Virus record (IMG/VR): IMGVR_UViG_3300044701_000569
Location: 293,560-357,559 of that record
DNA length: 64,000 nucleotides
Direction: 5' to 3' (one strand)
Position numbers and translations under genes: made by a program
The notes under the pieces: model-generated
What the model saw: only the letters and a program-made list of their open reading frames with translations
Told to the model about the DNA's origin: nothing
The model's database searches: none
Shown: positions 7,786 to 17,561 of the stretch, piece by piece
How the letters are laid out: each line of letters starts with the position of its first letter
How positions within the stretch are numbered: the first letter of the stretch is position 1

Positions 7786-9942
7786 TTATTCACCTTTGTT
7801 TGCAGAGTCAATTAGGTTGATGTATTCAGCAATAGCAGTGCTATCGCTACGGTAACCGCTCACAGCCTTTAACAACGGATAACGATTGAGCACTTCGTTA
7901 ACCTGAGTTTGGTACTTTTCAACCAGTGCGTCTGGACTGAAGTTTGCATTGGGTGCAAAACGCATGAACAGTCGCTTTACGTTGAACGTACTACCCCTAA
8001 ACTTTTCAACTTCCAGCAGTTCCTTAACAAACATCTTGTAAGGGCTGTTGTCGCCAATCAATCCAAGGATCGTATTGTTATTATACTCGTAAATGCTGCC
8101 TGTGTCAAGACTAGATTTCACCATTCCCAACATAATTTTGGAAATGTCTTTGCCGTTGAGCACAGTGGCAACATGTTCTTCAAAGTTCACCCAGTTTTTG
8201 CGAGCACGGATGGCTTCAATATCACCCTTGCGAACACCGTAGATTTCACCAGTGAACAAACCAGTGAGTGCGGTTACGTCATCATACAGTTCCTTGCCGC
8301 TGGCATAGCCTTTGGAGCTCTGCATGCTGAAACCGCTCAGTGGAACATAGTAGTAGGTTTGATTGGCATCAAACGAGTCAGCCTTGCCTGCATCGCGCCA
8401 CACCATTTCATCACGACGGCTGTAACCGCCGTTGTCACGACGCTCCAACTTCATAATAGTCACATTGCGAGCTACACCCTGACGATCCTTCTTCTTCAGT
8501 GTGCTGGCTTGAAACTGACGTTCTGCGGGCGGATTATAGATGCTCTTGAAAAATGCCTTAACATTCATAGGCTTAGAGCGATCCGCAGGCTCCAAAATCC
8601 AAATAGTACGGCTGTCGCTGTCAGTTTCGCGATAGTGGAACTTAACACGTTCTGCGGCACCTGTCTTGAGGTCGCTCACAACAAAGTGGCTATAACCGTC
8701 CACAGACAGGTGCCAAGCACGGAAGGTAATGCGATGTCCGTCTTTGTCCAGCTTATCTGAATATTCCAAACTGTCCTTGAGGGTAGTTAAGCCCTTCTTG
8801 CCACGGCTGACTTGTAGTCCCTTGAGTTGGACATTGAACTTGCGAGCCAGTGTCTCAGTGTTTAGGATAAACGTCTGCGGACGCTGATAGCTGTCTGGAT
8901 TATAAGTAGCCAGTTTGGTGTCAACAGCATACTTCTTAACAGCAGCCGTCCAAAGACTGTGATCCTTCTTCTTGTACAAGAAGATAGCACGATCCCAAAG
9001 ATTCTTGATAGCATCTGCTTCATCTGCAAGACGAATGCTCAACTGAGCGTTCAGTGCTTCCAGTTTACGCTTGATACTGTCAATGGTTTGCGGAATATAG
9101 CTCAAACCCTCGCGGCTGGCTTGGAAGTCCAATTCACCAATAGCAAAATGGATTTCAAGTCCACAGCTCAACAGTCCACGGAGTTCTCCCAGTGTAGACT
9201 CAGCGTTGGGCACATCAATTGGATATGCAATATTGCCCATAATAGCGTAACTGTTGCGAGTGTTTGAATACGCATGAATGCCCTGCACAATATCGCGGCT
9301 TTCATACTGCGGATCTTCAAAGGCAAAGTTAGTGCCGTCTACAACAGGACGCAGAGCAAAATACTTGTAGACTGTGCGAGCTTCCTGACGGAACTTGTCA
9401 AAGTCCCAACGATCGTTCACAGCGAACTTGATCTCAACACCGCTAGGCTCATCCGTTTCATCCTGGCTCATCAGTGCAATACTGGGCACACCTTCATTGT
9501 TGATAAAAGCGGTGTAAACACCCTTGATGCCATCACGGATTGCCACCACAGTAAAATTGTCAGTGTAGCTGAACGGGCTCTTAGAACCCAAACCTAACGC
9601 ACCAATAAACTCGTTTGAGTTAGTTTTGGTGCTTTCAAAATAGGTAGTATAGATGTTGGTAACCTGCTCGTGAGTCAAGCCTGTGCCGTAGTCACGAATA
9701 CGGAAGGTAGGATCCAAACTGTTGGGAAGGTGTACATCAAACGGAGTGCCAGTCTTGCCTGCGGCAGCATGACTGTCCACAGCATTACAGGAAAGCTCAC
9801 GGATGATAGCGCGGATCTTGTTAGCATACAAGCCGCTGGAAAGAATGTTGAACGCTTTGGCTGAGTTGCGAATACGGAATTCGCCAATCTGGCCTACGTT
9901 GGAAAGGATAGCTTCGTTTTGGGGAGCAGTATTAAGAATCAT
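7786..9942 (-). CDS. rIIA: rIIA-like protein (GHKL ATPase N-terminus)
   Basis: LYANKIRAIIRELSCNAVDSH, IRDYGTGL, GALGLGSKSPFSYTD, ASREGLSY. Confidence 0.92.
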   Translation of the reverse strand: MILNTAPQNEAILSNVGQIGEFRIRNSAKAFNILSSGLYANKIRAIIRELSCNAVDSHAAAGKTGTPFDVHLPNSLDPTFRIRDYGTGLTHEQVTNIYTTYFESTKTNSNEFIGALGLGSKSPFSYTDNFTVVAIRDGIKGVYTAFINNEGVPSIALMSQDETDEPSGVEIKFAVNDRWDFDKFRQEARTVYKYFALRPVVDGTNFAFEDPQYESRDIVQGIHAYSNTRNSYAIMGNIAYPIDVPNAESTLGELRGLLSCGLEIHFAIGELDFQASREGLSYIPQTIDSIKRKLEALNAQLSIRLADEADAIKNLWDRAIFLYKKKDHSLWTAAVKKYAVDTKLATYNPDSYQRPQTFILNTETLARKFNVQLKGLQVSRGKKGLTTLKDSLEYSDKLDKDGHRITFRAWHLSVDGYSHFVVSDLKTGAAERVKFHYRETDSDSRTIWILEPADRSKPMNVKAFFKSIYNPPAERQFQASTLKKKDRQGVARNVTIMKLERRDNGGYSRRDEMVWRDAGKADSFDANQTYYYVPLSGFSMQSSKGYASGKELYDDVTALTGLFTGEIYGVRKGDIEAIRARKNWVNFEEHVATVLNGKDISKIMLGMVKSSLDTGSIYEYNNNTILGLIGDNSPYKMFVKELLEVEKFRGSTFNVKRLFMRFAPNANFSPDALVEKYQTQVNEVLNRYPLLKAVSGYRSDSTAIAEYINLIDSANKGE

Positions 9943-9987
9943 TGTGTGCCTTTCGTGTGCCTGTGTGTTTAACTAACCTACATATAT

Positions 9988-10015
9988 AGTATAGCACCGT
10001 AGCGAGATTTGTCAA
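9988..10015 (-). promoter_or_regulatory. sigma70-like promoter TTGACA-N16-TATACT for rIIA
   Basis: Read directly; -35 overlaps the stop of the upstream ORF. Confidence 0.8.
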
Positions 10016-10266
10016 CCAGAATTCTTAATTAGATAAAGAGTCATGTCTCGTTCATCCAATTTTACCAAATCGTTTGGATACTTATTGGATCCAGAATCCA
10101 AACGCTTGCCTGTGGGCACCTTAATAACCTTAATCATCTTGTTATTAAGTTTGATAACTTTACCAAATTGGAGACTGTTATGACTTGGGTAAGCCACGTA
10201 GTCATCCAATTTGATAGGACGCCCAAGTTTATCCCTGTGATCAGGAACAGTTTTGGGCACCGTCAT
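10012..10266 (-). CDS. hypothetical SH3-like protein
   Basis: DKLGRPIKLDDYVAY; TAATG coupling at 10266. Confidence 0.7.
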   Translation of the reverse strand: MTVPKTVPDHRDKLGRPIKLDDYVAYPSHNSLQFGKVIKLNNKMIKVIKVPTGKRLDSGSNKYPNDLVKLDERDMTLYLIKNSG

Positions 10267-11348
10267 TAGAACGCATCCCAATGATAAGAGCGTTCTTTCA
10301 CTTTGCTCAGTGTCACTCTGTCACCCAAATCGTTGATAAAGATGAACTTGCCTGAGCCAGCATCAACCTGCTTTAGGTCTTCTGGTCCAAAACGAGCACA
10401 CTCCCAATCAAAGTCCACTTCGCCATCCTCATCCACAGCTTCTGGATTTGGATTCTTGTAGTCCAGGCTTAGACGCTGTGTCAACGGATTACCGTGCCAT
10501 TCTGTGCTTTCTAGAAGCTCTTCTGAAATGTCCAAACCTTTGGGCTGTAGAGTAACCTTGTAGCGAGTTTCTGAGCTGAACTCTGGACGAGCGTTCAACA
10601 TTTTCATTACCTGCTGAGGAGTCTCATTGTAACGGTTCATTTCTTCAACCATTGCCTTGAGCATGTCAAAGTTGAACTGATCAAACATTGTAGAAATCTT
10701 GCAAACTGTTTGAATGTGTGTCTTGTTCTTGAGATTATCTTCGCAGTACTCTACAATGAAATCCTGTTCAAGACCTTTGAAATCCAACATGTAGTAAATG
10801 CGTCCAGGACGGTTTCGCATGTGTTCATTTACACGCCACTTGTCGTTGCAGGTGATGATAAACATCTTCTTTGAAGGATATACACCGTCAAGAAGAGTCA
10901 GCATCTTTTCCTGGTCATCACGATCGTAGACTTTTTCAAACTCATCAAAGAGAATGACTGTGGGCTGTTCAATCATCTGCATAAAAGCATTAAATCCTTC
11001 GCCGCACCAAGGTTCATTAATTACAATAGTGGGCACACCCTCTGCCTGTGCATCAAGTGACAGCATCTTGGCTAGCAGTGTCTTGCCTGAACCTTTTTCA
11101 CCAGTGAGCATTACACCAGTTGAAGCTGTGCGATCCTTAAAGGTATTAAAAATTCGCTGAGCGTTGCGCTTTGTGTCGCCATAGATCTTGCCCTTGATTT
11201 CAAATCCATCAATCTGCTCAAGATAGAATACTGAGTTCATCTTGTCAAATTTAACTGTATATGTGCCTGCAGGTAGAGCATCATGGAGATCCATGGCTTC
11301 TTTGGTGCTGACATTGAAGCGAGTACCAGATTTTAGAAAGTATGTCAT
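10266..11348 (-). CDS. AAA+ family ATPase
   Basis: Walker A GEKGSGKT, Walker B ILFDEFEK, LLDG, NRPGR. Confidence 0.92.
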   Translation of the reverse strand: MTYFLKSGTRFNVSTKEAMDLHDALPAGTYTVKFDKMNSVFYLEQIDGFEIKGKIYGDTKRNAQRIFNTFKDRTASTGVMLTGEKGSGKTLLAKMLSLDAQAEGVPTIVINEPWCGEGFNAFMQMIEQPTVILFDEFEKVYDRDDQEKMLTLLDGVYPSKKMFIITCNDKWRVNEHMRNRPGRIYYMLDFKGLEQDFIVEYCEDNLKNKTHIQTVCKISTMFDQFNFDMLKAMVEEMNRYNETPQQVMKMLNARPEFSSETRYKVTLQPKGLDISEELLESTEWHGNPLTQRLSLDYKNPNPEAVDEDGEVDFDWECARFGPEDLKQVDAGSGKFIFINDLGDRVTLSKVKERSYHWDAF

Positions 11349-11357
11349 GTCTTGCCC

Positions 11358-11561
11358 TTAATCTTTGTTTGTTACGTGAGTTTTAAACAACAGTCCAGCT
11401 AGGATCAAAATACCCCATGCCTGCATCCAGCCAATTTCGTTGACACCATTAATGGCACCAACTAGACAGTAATTCCAAAGTAGCATTACTGGAAGGCTGA
11501 GAATTAGACCAATCAGAACAACTAGTCCAATTGCGGCTGTTACAAGTCCTAACATTTTCAT
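11358..11561 (-). CDS. small membrane protein
   Basis: Two TM segments, LWNY...IGWMQAWG. Confidence 0.75.
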   Translation of the reverse strand: MKMLGLVTAAIGLVVLIGLILSLPVMLLWNYCLVGAINGVNEIGWMQAWGILILAGLLFKTHVTNKD

Positions 11562-11631
11562 AGAGTTCTTTCTTTGTTGTTTATAGTTTTATTATAGATA
11601 GAAATAGCTGTTTTGTCTACCTCTAAATAGC

Positions 11632-12096
11632 TCAGATCTCTTTATTTTTTTCTTTTGTTAGAGCTGCCACCAGCAAGAATCTTTCATATGACTTGCGCAC
11701 AGTTGGATTCTCTAACAATTTTTCTTGTTCTTCCATCATAGCGTTGACTCCTGCTTCAGCAAGGTCGCGAGTGCTGGCGAACTCTAGGCTAAAGAACTCA
11801 TCACCAAAAGCAGCTTTCATTTCTTCCCAGGCAGCACGTTGTCGTGGAGTAATTGGACGTTCTTTTGGTTTGGCTTCACTAGCAGCATATATTGCTTTTG
11901 AAATAGCATCTTCGGCTACTCGGCCTGCGGCAATCATTGGAGCATAAGCAGGATCAATACCATAGCGACGTGAAGAGCCACCAGGATACACACAGACTAG
12001 ATGTGAACCCTTTGGAAAACTATCCATAAGTTCGCTGTCGTATTCAGCTACAGGCTTGTAGCGACGACCTTCTTTAATGTAGTACAGCTTTTTCAT
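11632..12096 (-). CDS. hypothetical protein
   Basis: ATGA-coupled start MKKLYY. Confidence 0.7.
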   Translation of the reverse strand: MKKLYYIKEGRRYKPVAEYDSELMDSFPKGSHLVCVYPGGSSRRYGIDPAYAPMIAAGRVAEDAISKAIYAASEAKPKERPITPRQRAAWEEMKAAFGDEFFSLEFASTRDLAEAGVNAMMEEQEKLLENPTVRKSYERFLLVAALTKEKNKEI

Positions 12097-12350
12097 GATG
12101 ACCACTTTAAAATGAACATTGTAGCATCTTTTGACGATTCAAACAACCACACCAAGCCCATTGTTTCAAACGGTCCACTGATATAGTTTGATACCCAATC
12201 ATCAATAGCAGCACCTTGCTCCCATGTCATTGGTTTGAGAACAACACGAGTCCAACCTAACTCGCACAGCATGCTGGCAAGAACTTCGAAGTCAATCTCT
12301 TTGGCAATCTCACTAGCCATTCTTTCAGCTAATTGATCTTGTAAATTCAT
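12093..12350 (-). CDS. small protein of the F-x-L/M-K-W/Y-S C-terminal family
   Basis: WLFESSKDATMFILKWSS. Confidence 0.7.
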   Translation of the reverse strand: MNLQDQLAERMASEIAKEIDFEVLASMLCELGWTRVVLKPMTWEQGAAIDDWVSNYISGPFETMGLVWLFESSKDATMFILKWSS

Positions 12351-12580
12351 GTCCAACGCATTATAAAATGGGTTAGAGTTCTGTCATCATCTATTTCAAC
12401 AGTCATGCCTTGAACTCTAGCCCGTAGGTTTTTCTTGCACCAATCATCTAACTCATCAGTGTGGTTAGCCCAAAACTGGATATCAGTGAGTACAATTAAA
12501 TGCTTTGCATCACTGGTTAATGCATAATCAGCAACTATGAACTTGTTACGTTTCCAGTCTGCAAACAGATCTTCCGTCAT
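12347..12580 (-). CDS. small protein of the F-x-L/M-K-W/Y-S C-terminal family
   Basis: IDDDRTLTHFIMRWT. Confidence 0.7.
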   Translation of the reverse strand: MTEDLFADWKRNKFIVADYALTSDAKHLIVLTDIQFWANHTDELDDWCKKNLRARVQGMTVEIDDDRTLTHFIMRWT

Positions 12581-13413
12581 ACTTCAATACAGATATTTGG
12601 ATTCCACCCTGTTTGCTCATAACCACTATAACCTCTAGGATTACAAACAACTCTAGTCTCGCCAATTACGTAATCAAAGCAGTGATGAGTATGACCGTGT
12701 GTCCACAGTTTAATCTGTGGTCGATCAGCAATAAAATTTCCTAGTTCACTGTGATAGCCACCGTTCATAATTCTGTCATTCTTATATTGTTCGTGACAGC
12801 TTTGGAAACTGGGGCTGTGATGTCCAACAACTACGTACTTTTTTGAGGAGTCACTGTCCACAGTCTTTCTAATAAACTCTAACGTTTCGCGATGACGATG
12901 CACTGTAGTAGCAGGTTTTAGTTTACTGTAGCCCTTAGTGTCATCTCTAATCAAACGAAAGTCATTGATCATATTAGTCAAAGAATGTAACGTTACTGGA
13001 TCACCCCTGTTGCAGTCAGTCCACAGTGTACCTCCCACAAATGTAACATCGTCAATTTCTTTTAGATCTCTTTCTAAGAAGTAGACATTAGGAAACTTAG
13101 AACACTCATCTCTAAGATGCTGAATACTGCCTTCCCATCTACCATGATAGAACTCGTGATTACCAGCAAGATAAATCACATGCGGAAACTGAAACGAGCA
13201 TCGCTTTAAGAAATCACGAAATAACTGTGCTCGTGCCTGACCATGAACCAACTGTCTTAGTTCTAAGTGACTATATTTTGTTTCGGGATGACTGTGTAGA
13301 TCTTCAGCAACCATAATGTCGCCTGAGAGGATTAACACATCACAAGCTTCGTTGTTTGTGATGTTGATATCAGCAAACTCTAAATGAAGGTCTGATACAA
13401 TTTTAATTCTCAT
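12577..13413 (-). CDS. calcineurin-like metallophosphoesterase
   Basis: SDLH, LSGD, AGNHE, GHHSP, HGHTH, NPRGY. Confidence 0.93.
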   Translation of the reverse strand: MRIKIVSDLHLEFADINITNNEACDVLILSGDIMVAEDLHSHPETKYSHLELRQLVHGQARAQLFRDFLKRCSFQFPHVIYLAGNHEFYHGRWEGSIQHLRDECSKFPNVYFLERDLKEIDDVTFVGGTLWTDCNRGDPVTLHSLTNMINDFRLIRDDTKGYSKLKPATTVHRHRETLEFIRKTVDSDSSKKYVVVGHHSPSFQSCHEQYKNDRIMNGGYHSELGNFIADRPQIKLWTHGHTHHCFDYVIGETRVVCNPRGYSGYEQTGWNPNICIEV

Positions 13414-13703
13414 TATGTTAACATCCTTATTAAGCCGATAGTGTCAATAGTTGTTAGAAGCAGGTAGTTAGCCAGCATGCCAAATGATTTCCTAGTATAA
13501 CTAGCCCAAGCATACATAGCACAACCAAGAATCCAAATAGGATACAACACAAGTAAAGGAGGATTGGGGACGGTGACCGCCATAGTGATTGAACATCCAA
13601 TCGATATAGCCCATGCGACAACCTCCACCATAAAACGGAACGAGTTAGATCTCCAATCATCTTTGATCCATTCAAGAGTAGGTCTAAATATTTCATTAAT
13701 CAT
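13413..13703 (-). CDS. membrane protein
   Basis: Three hydrophobic segments. Confidence 0.75.
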   Translation of the reverse strand: MINEIFRPTLEWIKDDWRSNSFRFMVEVVAWAISIGCSITMAVTVPNPPLLVLYPIWILGCAMYAWASYTRKSFGMLANYLLLTTIDTIGLIRMLT

Positions 13704-13899
13704 TGTGATTATACTTTAAAATTTCAATTTCACCATCCGCCTTCTTGCGATGACGTAGGTAACCATCTTCACAGAGGCTGTCGATAGTCTTTTCAATAGA
13801 GTGCAATACAATTGACTTATAAAAAAGAACAAAAGTTGCAATACTTCCAATAATATATGCTAGAAACAAATAGCCCCAGCCTGGCATCATGTCAAACAT
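13696..13899 (-). CDS. small membrane protein
   Basis: N-terminal TM helix. Confidence 0.7.
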   Translation of the reverse strand: MFDMMPGWGYLFLAYIIGSIATFVLFYKSIVLHSIEKTIDSLCEDGYLRHRKKADGEIEILKYNHND

Positions 13900-13900
13900 C

Positions 13901-14164
13901 TTACTTTCCTTTGTCTATAGTGCTGAGCAGTTTAATATTCTCTAGTTCCACTTTACGTTTAGCTTCGTCCCACATGAACCAAACGCCTAATCCGCCAAAA
14001 TAAACTACGAACCAGATTGGTGTGCGCAGTTCCTTATCAACTGTAAAGTAGTCTAGTACTAGATTTAGTACTAACATACTTATGATTACACCGCAAAGAA
14101 AAATCAATCCCTTGCCTATATAAGTCAAAAAGTATCTCCATACTCTTGGAATTTTTAGTAACAT
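13901..14164 (-). CDS. membrane protein
   Basis: Two TM segments; start at ATG 14164. Confidence 0.65.
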   Translation of the reverse strand: MLLKIPRVWRYFLTYIGKGLIFLCGVIISMLVLNLVLDYFTVDKELRTPIWFVVYFGGLGVWFMWDEAKRKVELENIKLLSTIDKGK

Positions 14165-14165
14165 A

Positions 14166-14849
14166 TTACACCTTAAAAAGTTTAACATAGTTGAGGCGAG
14201 TCTCATTTACGTCAAAGGAACGATTCTTTACCTGAGACTTTATCTTTGCTTTGATCCTCTTGCGCTCACCTACTTCAAGTCGATCCTTAGTCATAAAACT
14301 CACAAGATTACCTGTGAGGTCTGCAACATAGTTATAGCTCTGCCACTGTTCAGAAAAGAAGCGAGAAAGTATTTTAGCAACACCCTCTACATTATCCTTC
14401 TCCTTGCCAATATATTGACTATCTCTGTATTCTGTGCGTAGCAGTTTCTTAAAGGCAGCGTCTTCAACTTCACGACGCACTAGTTCTGGAACATAAGCTA
14501 ATAGGCCTACTTTCTGAAAGTCTACTGTATCGCCACTCACAACCTTGAATACATCCTCTTGAAAGCCTGTAAGTTGACCTCCAATTACTCCTAGGGTATA
14601 ACGACGGAAGTGCTTGAGAGCAACATCCACAGCATCGTAGTCAGCTTCTGTAACTTCTAGCTTGTTATAATCTGATGGCAACCAATTCGCAGCATCTTGG
14701 AAATGATACTTTACCAAATCCTTGTTTGCATGAATGGTTTGATTATTGGTTTCTGAAAATCTTTGAGCAACTTTTACGTAGCCGCCGTTCTTGCGATAGG
14801 CTGCAAATGCTACTGCAAGAACGTCTTGAACGGGGAATGTTGTTTTCAT
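14166..14849 (-). CDS. hypothetical protein (possible C-terminal OB-like fold)
   Basis: 227 aa with its own promoter; ends ETRLNYVK. Confidence 0.7.
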   Translation of the reverse strand: MKTTFPVQDVLAVAFAAYRKNGGYVKVAQRFSETNNQTIHANKDLVKYHFQDAANWLPSDYNKLEVTEADYDAVDVALKHFRRYTLGVIGGQLTGFQEDVFKVVSGDTVDFQKVGLLAYVPELVRREVEDAAFKKLLRTEYRDSQYIGKEKDNVEGVAKILSRFFSEQWQSYNYVADLTGNLVSFMTKDRLEVGERKRIKAKIKSQVKNRSFDVNETRLNYVKLFKV

Positions 14850-14880
14850 GTGTGCCTCTGTAAGTGCCTATTACACTGTT

Positions 14881-14908
14881 AGTATAACAGAAAGGCACAA
14901 GTTGTCAA
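14881..14908 (-). promoter_or_regulatory. sigma70-like promoter TTGACA-N16-TATACT
   Basis: Read directly. Confidence 0.8.
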
Positions 14909-14911
14909 CCA

Positions 14912-15421
14912 TTATCCAAAAAACCTATCAAATGTAATATCCTGAACTCTAGTCTTTTTATCCATATGACCTTCATCTTTGATATTTCCAATAGGTTTAA
15001 ATCCGTGTTTCACTATATGTTCTTTTATAAACTGTCGTTCAACTTGATTGATTTCAAACTTGTAATCGTTGATATTTTCTCGAGGATAGTCAGTCATGTC
15101 CCATATTTGGATTTTAACGTCATTTTTATTAATTTCTGGAAAATGCTTTATAATATCCAACATGTCGTTACCGGCAGTCTTTTTACTTGGAACAGTAGGC
15201 CATCCAGGAATATGAAATGCTTGTCGATAAATTCTTTCGCCAAAGGTTTTAGTATTAGAATCGTATTGAACACCAAATTTCATAGTTTTTTCGTAATAAT
15301 AAAATGCATATACATAACTCTGTACACCCATTTTACGCATATCGTCTTTTATCTTATATGCGGTAAGATAGCAGCTCAAATCAAATTCAAATGTTGGCAG
15401 TTTATTTGTATCAATAATCAT
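14912..15421 (-). CDS. divergent GIY-YIG-like protein
   Basis: SYVYAF...MKFG...GERIYRQ...VERQFI...PIGN. Confidence 0.5.
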   Translation of the reverse strand: MIIDTNKLPTFEFDLSCYLTAYKIKDDMRKMGVQSYVYAFYYYEKTMKFGVQYDSNTKTFGERIYRQAFHIPGWPTVPSKKTAGNDMLDIIKHFPEINKNDVKIQIWDMTDYPRENINDYKFEINQVERQFIKEHIVKHGFKPIGNIKDEGHMDKKTRVQDITFDRFFG

Positions 15422-15801
15422 TTTGGTAGTTCCTGTTGAATTCTAACAGCAGTCCAAGGTCCTGCGCCATAATCAACGATTGCAATATTATTGTCCTTGC
15501 AAATCATTATAACATAGTCACGCACTTCTTGCCAAGTAGTGTCCATTAGCCATTCAGTCATTCCGGCACCCAGTGTACAGCAACGAAAACGAAAATGACC
15601 TAGAACACTATCCTCAATCCATTTAATGATTGCAGGATCTTCATGATAGCACAGCCAACTATAGCTGGCTTCCCAAAACGGACCGTAAGGAAGCTGATAC
15701 TTGCCTAATCGTCCATTTGGATTACTATTGGTGATACCAGGCTTAGTATGCTGAAGCCCATTAGCCAGAACAATAGGATTGAAAGTATAATACCAAGCCA
15801 T
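15418..15801 (-). CDS. divergent GIY-YIG/T5orf172-like protein
   Basis: WYYTF...KPGITN..PNGRLGKYQ...IEDSV. Confidence 0.5.
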   Translation of the reverse strand: MAWYYTFNPIVLANGLQHTKPGITNSNPNGRLGKYQLPYGPFWEASYSWLCYHEDPAIIKWIEDSVLGHFRFRCCTLGAGMTEWLMDTTWQEVRDYVIMICKDNNIAIVDYGAGPWTAVRIQQELPK

Positions 15802-15802
15802 G

Positions 15803-16906
15803 TTAGAATCCTTGATCCCATTGTCCTAGTTGATCTCTAACTGTTGGAATGCTGATAGTCTTAGCGATATGCTTGAGACCATTGCTTACAACATAGTTAG
15901 AATCCAAAGGTTGATATCCCGGGCGATTCTTATCCAACAGCAAACACGCTTTCTTGATACCCAACTGTGATGCGTTAGCAGTTCCAAAACGTTTTTGTAG
16001 TTCTTTGGCAAGTTTAACAGTGTCCTTGTCAGATACTGTAATACCCGCTTCTTCATTCTCTTGAATAAAGATAGCAAAACTTGTCAGCATACAACCATCA
16101 ATACTTTGATGCTTAAAGTTATTCACTAACCAGGTAAGGCTCTTTTCAAGAAGTCGCCCGGGCTTCTGCTCGTCCTTGTCAAGGTCAAATGTAAGATATA
16201 CTTCATTCAAGTTGTGAATTGCGTATGCAATACGATTGCCTGCTCGTTTGATTTCAACACTAGGTACACGAGTAACTACAGCATCAATCTGAGGTGCAGG
16301 ATAAATGCCTGTAGCAACTTTAATAAAGTGCTGGTCAAAAATATCAACGCCACGCTTGTTGCGAACATTAATAGCAAGAAACAAGTGTCCTGCCATAAGA
16401 AGGGCAAGAGCAAATGTCTTTTCAAAGTCGCCTTGATCTGGAACGTCAGCTACCCAAAACGGCAACTTCGTTAGACCCTGACGGATGCGGTTAGTGGATG
16501 TGTGTGTACTGTCTGCGTTAAGAACAATGTTACCATACTTGGCAGGCATCTTTAGCCCAAGACTAGTCATTGCAAATTGATCAAACCAATCACGCTCTAG
16601 TTTAGCGCAGTGATTTGGAGACGTATCTCTATTAAATGCTGGGTGACTAAAAACATGTTCGACAGGAACATCTTCGTAATAGGGTGTAAGATTAATTAAT
16701 CCAAAATATTGATTAAGTCTGCCCTGCCAAGGACCAACTACTGCATCAACGCCTTTAGCTAGATCAGTTAGCGGGATAAGTCCGTTGGGGTAATTTTCGC
16801 TCATTGCTCTACAGTCAATGAACGCAGGTTCAACTGTAAAGGGTTTATTGTAACTCTGCATGAATGTTTGCAGAGAATTGTGCGCAACAGCGCGACGTGT
16901 AGCCAT
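15803..16906 (-). CDS. hypothetical protein with degenerate ParB/Srx-like N-terminal domain
   Basis: FNRDTSPNH...NADSTHT resembles the Y/FQR...DGQHR arrangement. Confidence 0.5.
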   Translation of the reverse strand: MATRRAVAHNSLQTFMQSYNKPFTVEPAFIDCRAMSENYPNGLIPLTDLAKGVDAVVGPWQGRLNQYFGLINLTPYYEDVPVEHVFSHPAFNRDTSPNHCAKLERDWFDQFAMTSLGLKMPAKYGNIVLNADSTHTSTNRIRQGLTKLPFWVADVPDQGDFEKTFALALLMAGHLFLAINVRNKRGVDIFDQHFIKVATGIYPAPQIDAVVTRVPSVEIKRAGNRIAYAIHNLNEVYLTFDLDKDEQKPGRLLEKSLTWLVNNFKHQSIDGCMLTSFAIFIQENEEAGITVSDKDTVKLAKELQKRFGTANASQLGIKKACLLLDKNRPGYQPLDSNYVVSNGLKHIAKTISIPTVRDQLGQWDQGF

Positions 16907-16983
16907 AATAGTTTCCTTTTCTCTAACCCTGTGGGTTACTAAAATTCGGTTATTTCAGCGAAATGCTCTCTAACCGTAGTACT

Positions 16984-17011
16984 ATTATAGCTTGATTTTG
17001 TTTATTGTCAA
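16984..17011 (-). promoter_or_regulatory. sigma70-like promoter TTGACA-N16-TATAAT
   Basis: Read directly; -35 overlaps the stop of 17008..17532. Confidence 0.8.
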
Positions 17012-17532
17012 CTGTTTAGAAGATCTTTTTCTTCTTTTGTGAGCTTATCTTTGACGTCTCTAGTATCAAATACTTCGTTGCCGGTAAATCCGCGATCATC
17101 AATCCAACGAGTGTATAGTCCAGGTTCACGTCCAAATGCTTCAATTTCCCAAGGAGTGTCCCAATAGTCCATTTCATCCGAGTACAGTTCGCCCTGGAAT
17201 TTAGTGTTACGAGCAGGACGCCACATGTTCTTCATTTCGCCCTTAGCATACTGCTTTACATGCACCATTTCATGACAAAGTGTTCTGAGCTGTTTAGATA
17301 GTTTTTTATCTTCATTACCGATGCGTATGTTAAACTCTTTTGGTCTTCCGCCAAAATCGTTGTCTAGGTATTCGCAGTCACCCTCTAAATCACCCATATC
17401 TGGAACGAAGAATATACTAACAGTAAGAGTATCTGCTAATCGTTTAGTCATCATCTTTTCAGCACAAAAACGAGCTAGGTCTTTGGCTAGCTTCTTCTGC
17501 ATGCTTGTTCCGCCTCGACAGTAGACTTTCAT
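17008..17532 (-). CDS. zincin metallopeptidase-like protein
   Basis: TLCHEMVHVKQY and PWEIEA. Confidence 0.8.
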   Translation of the reverse strand: MKVYCRGGTSMQKKLAKDLARFCAEKMMTKRLADTLTVSIFFVPDMGDLEGDCEYLDNDFGGRPKEFNIRIGNEDKKLSKQLRTLCHEMVHVKQYAKGEMKNMWRPARNTKFQGELYSDEMDYWDTPWEIEAFGREPGLYTRWIDDRGFTGNEVFDTRDVKDKLTKEEKDLLNS

Positions 17533-17561
17533 CGTAGCTCTCCCTTGCTATTCGTACTTAT

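Noticed and set aside
7909-8760. 283-aa plus-strand ORF and the many other plus-strand ORFs opposite known genes (e.g. 14966, 51755, 53796)
   Set aside because: Antisense shadows of well-supported minus-strand genes; no RBS or motifs.
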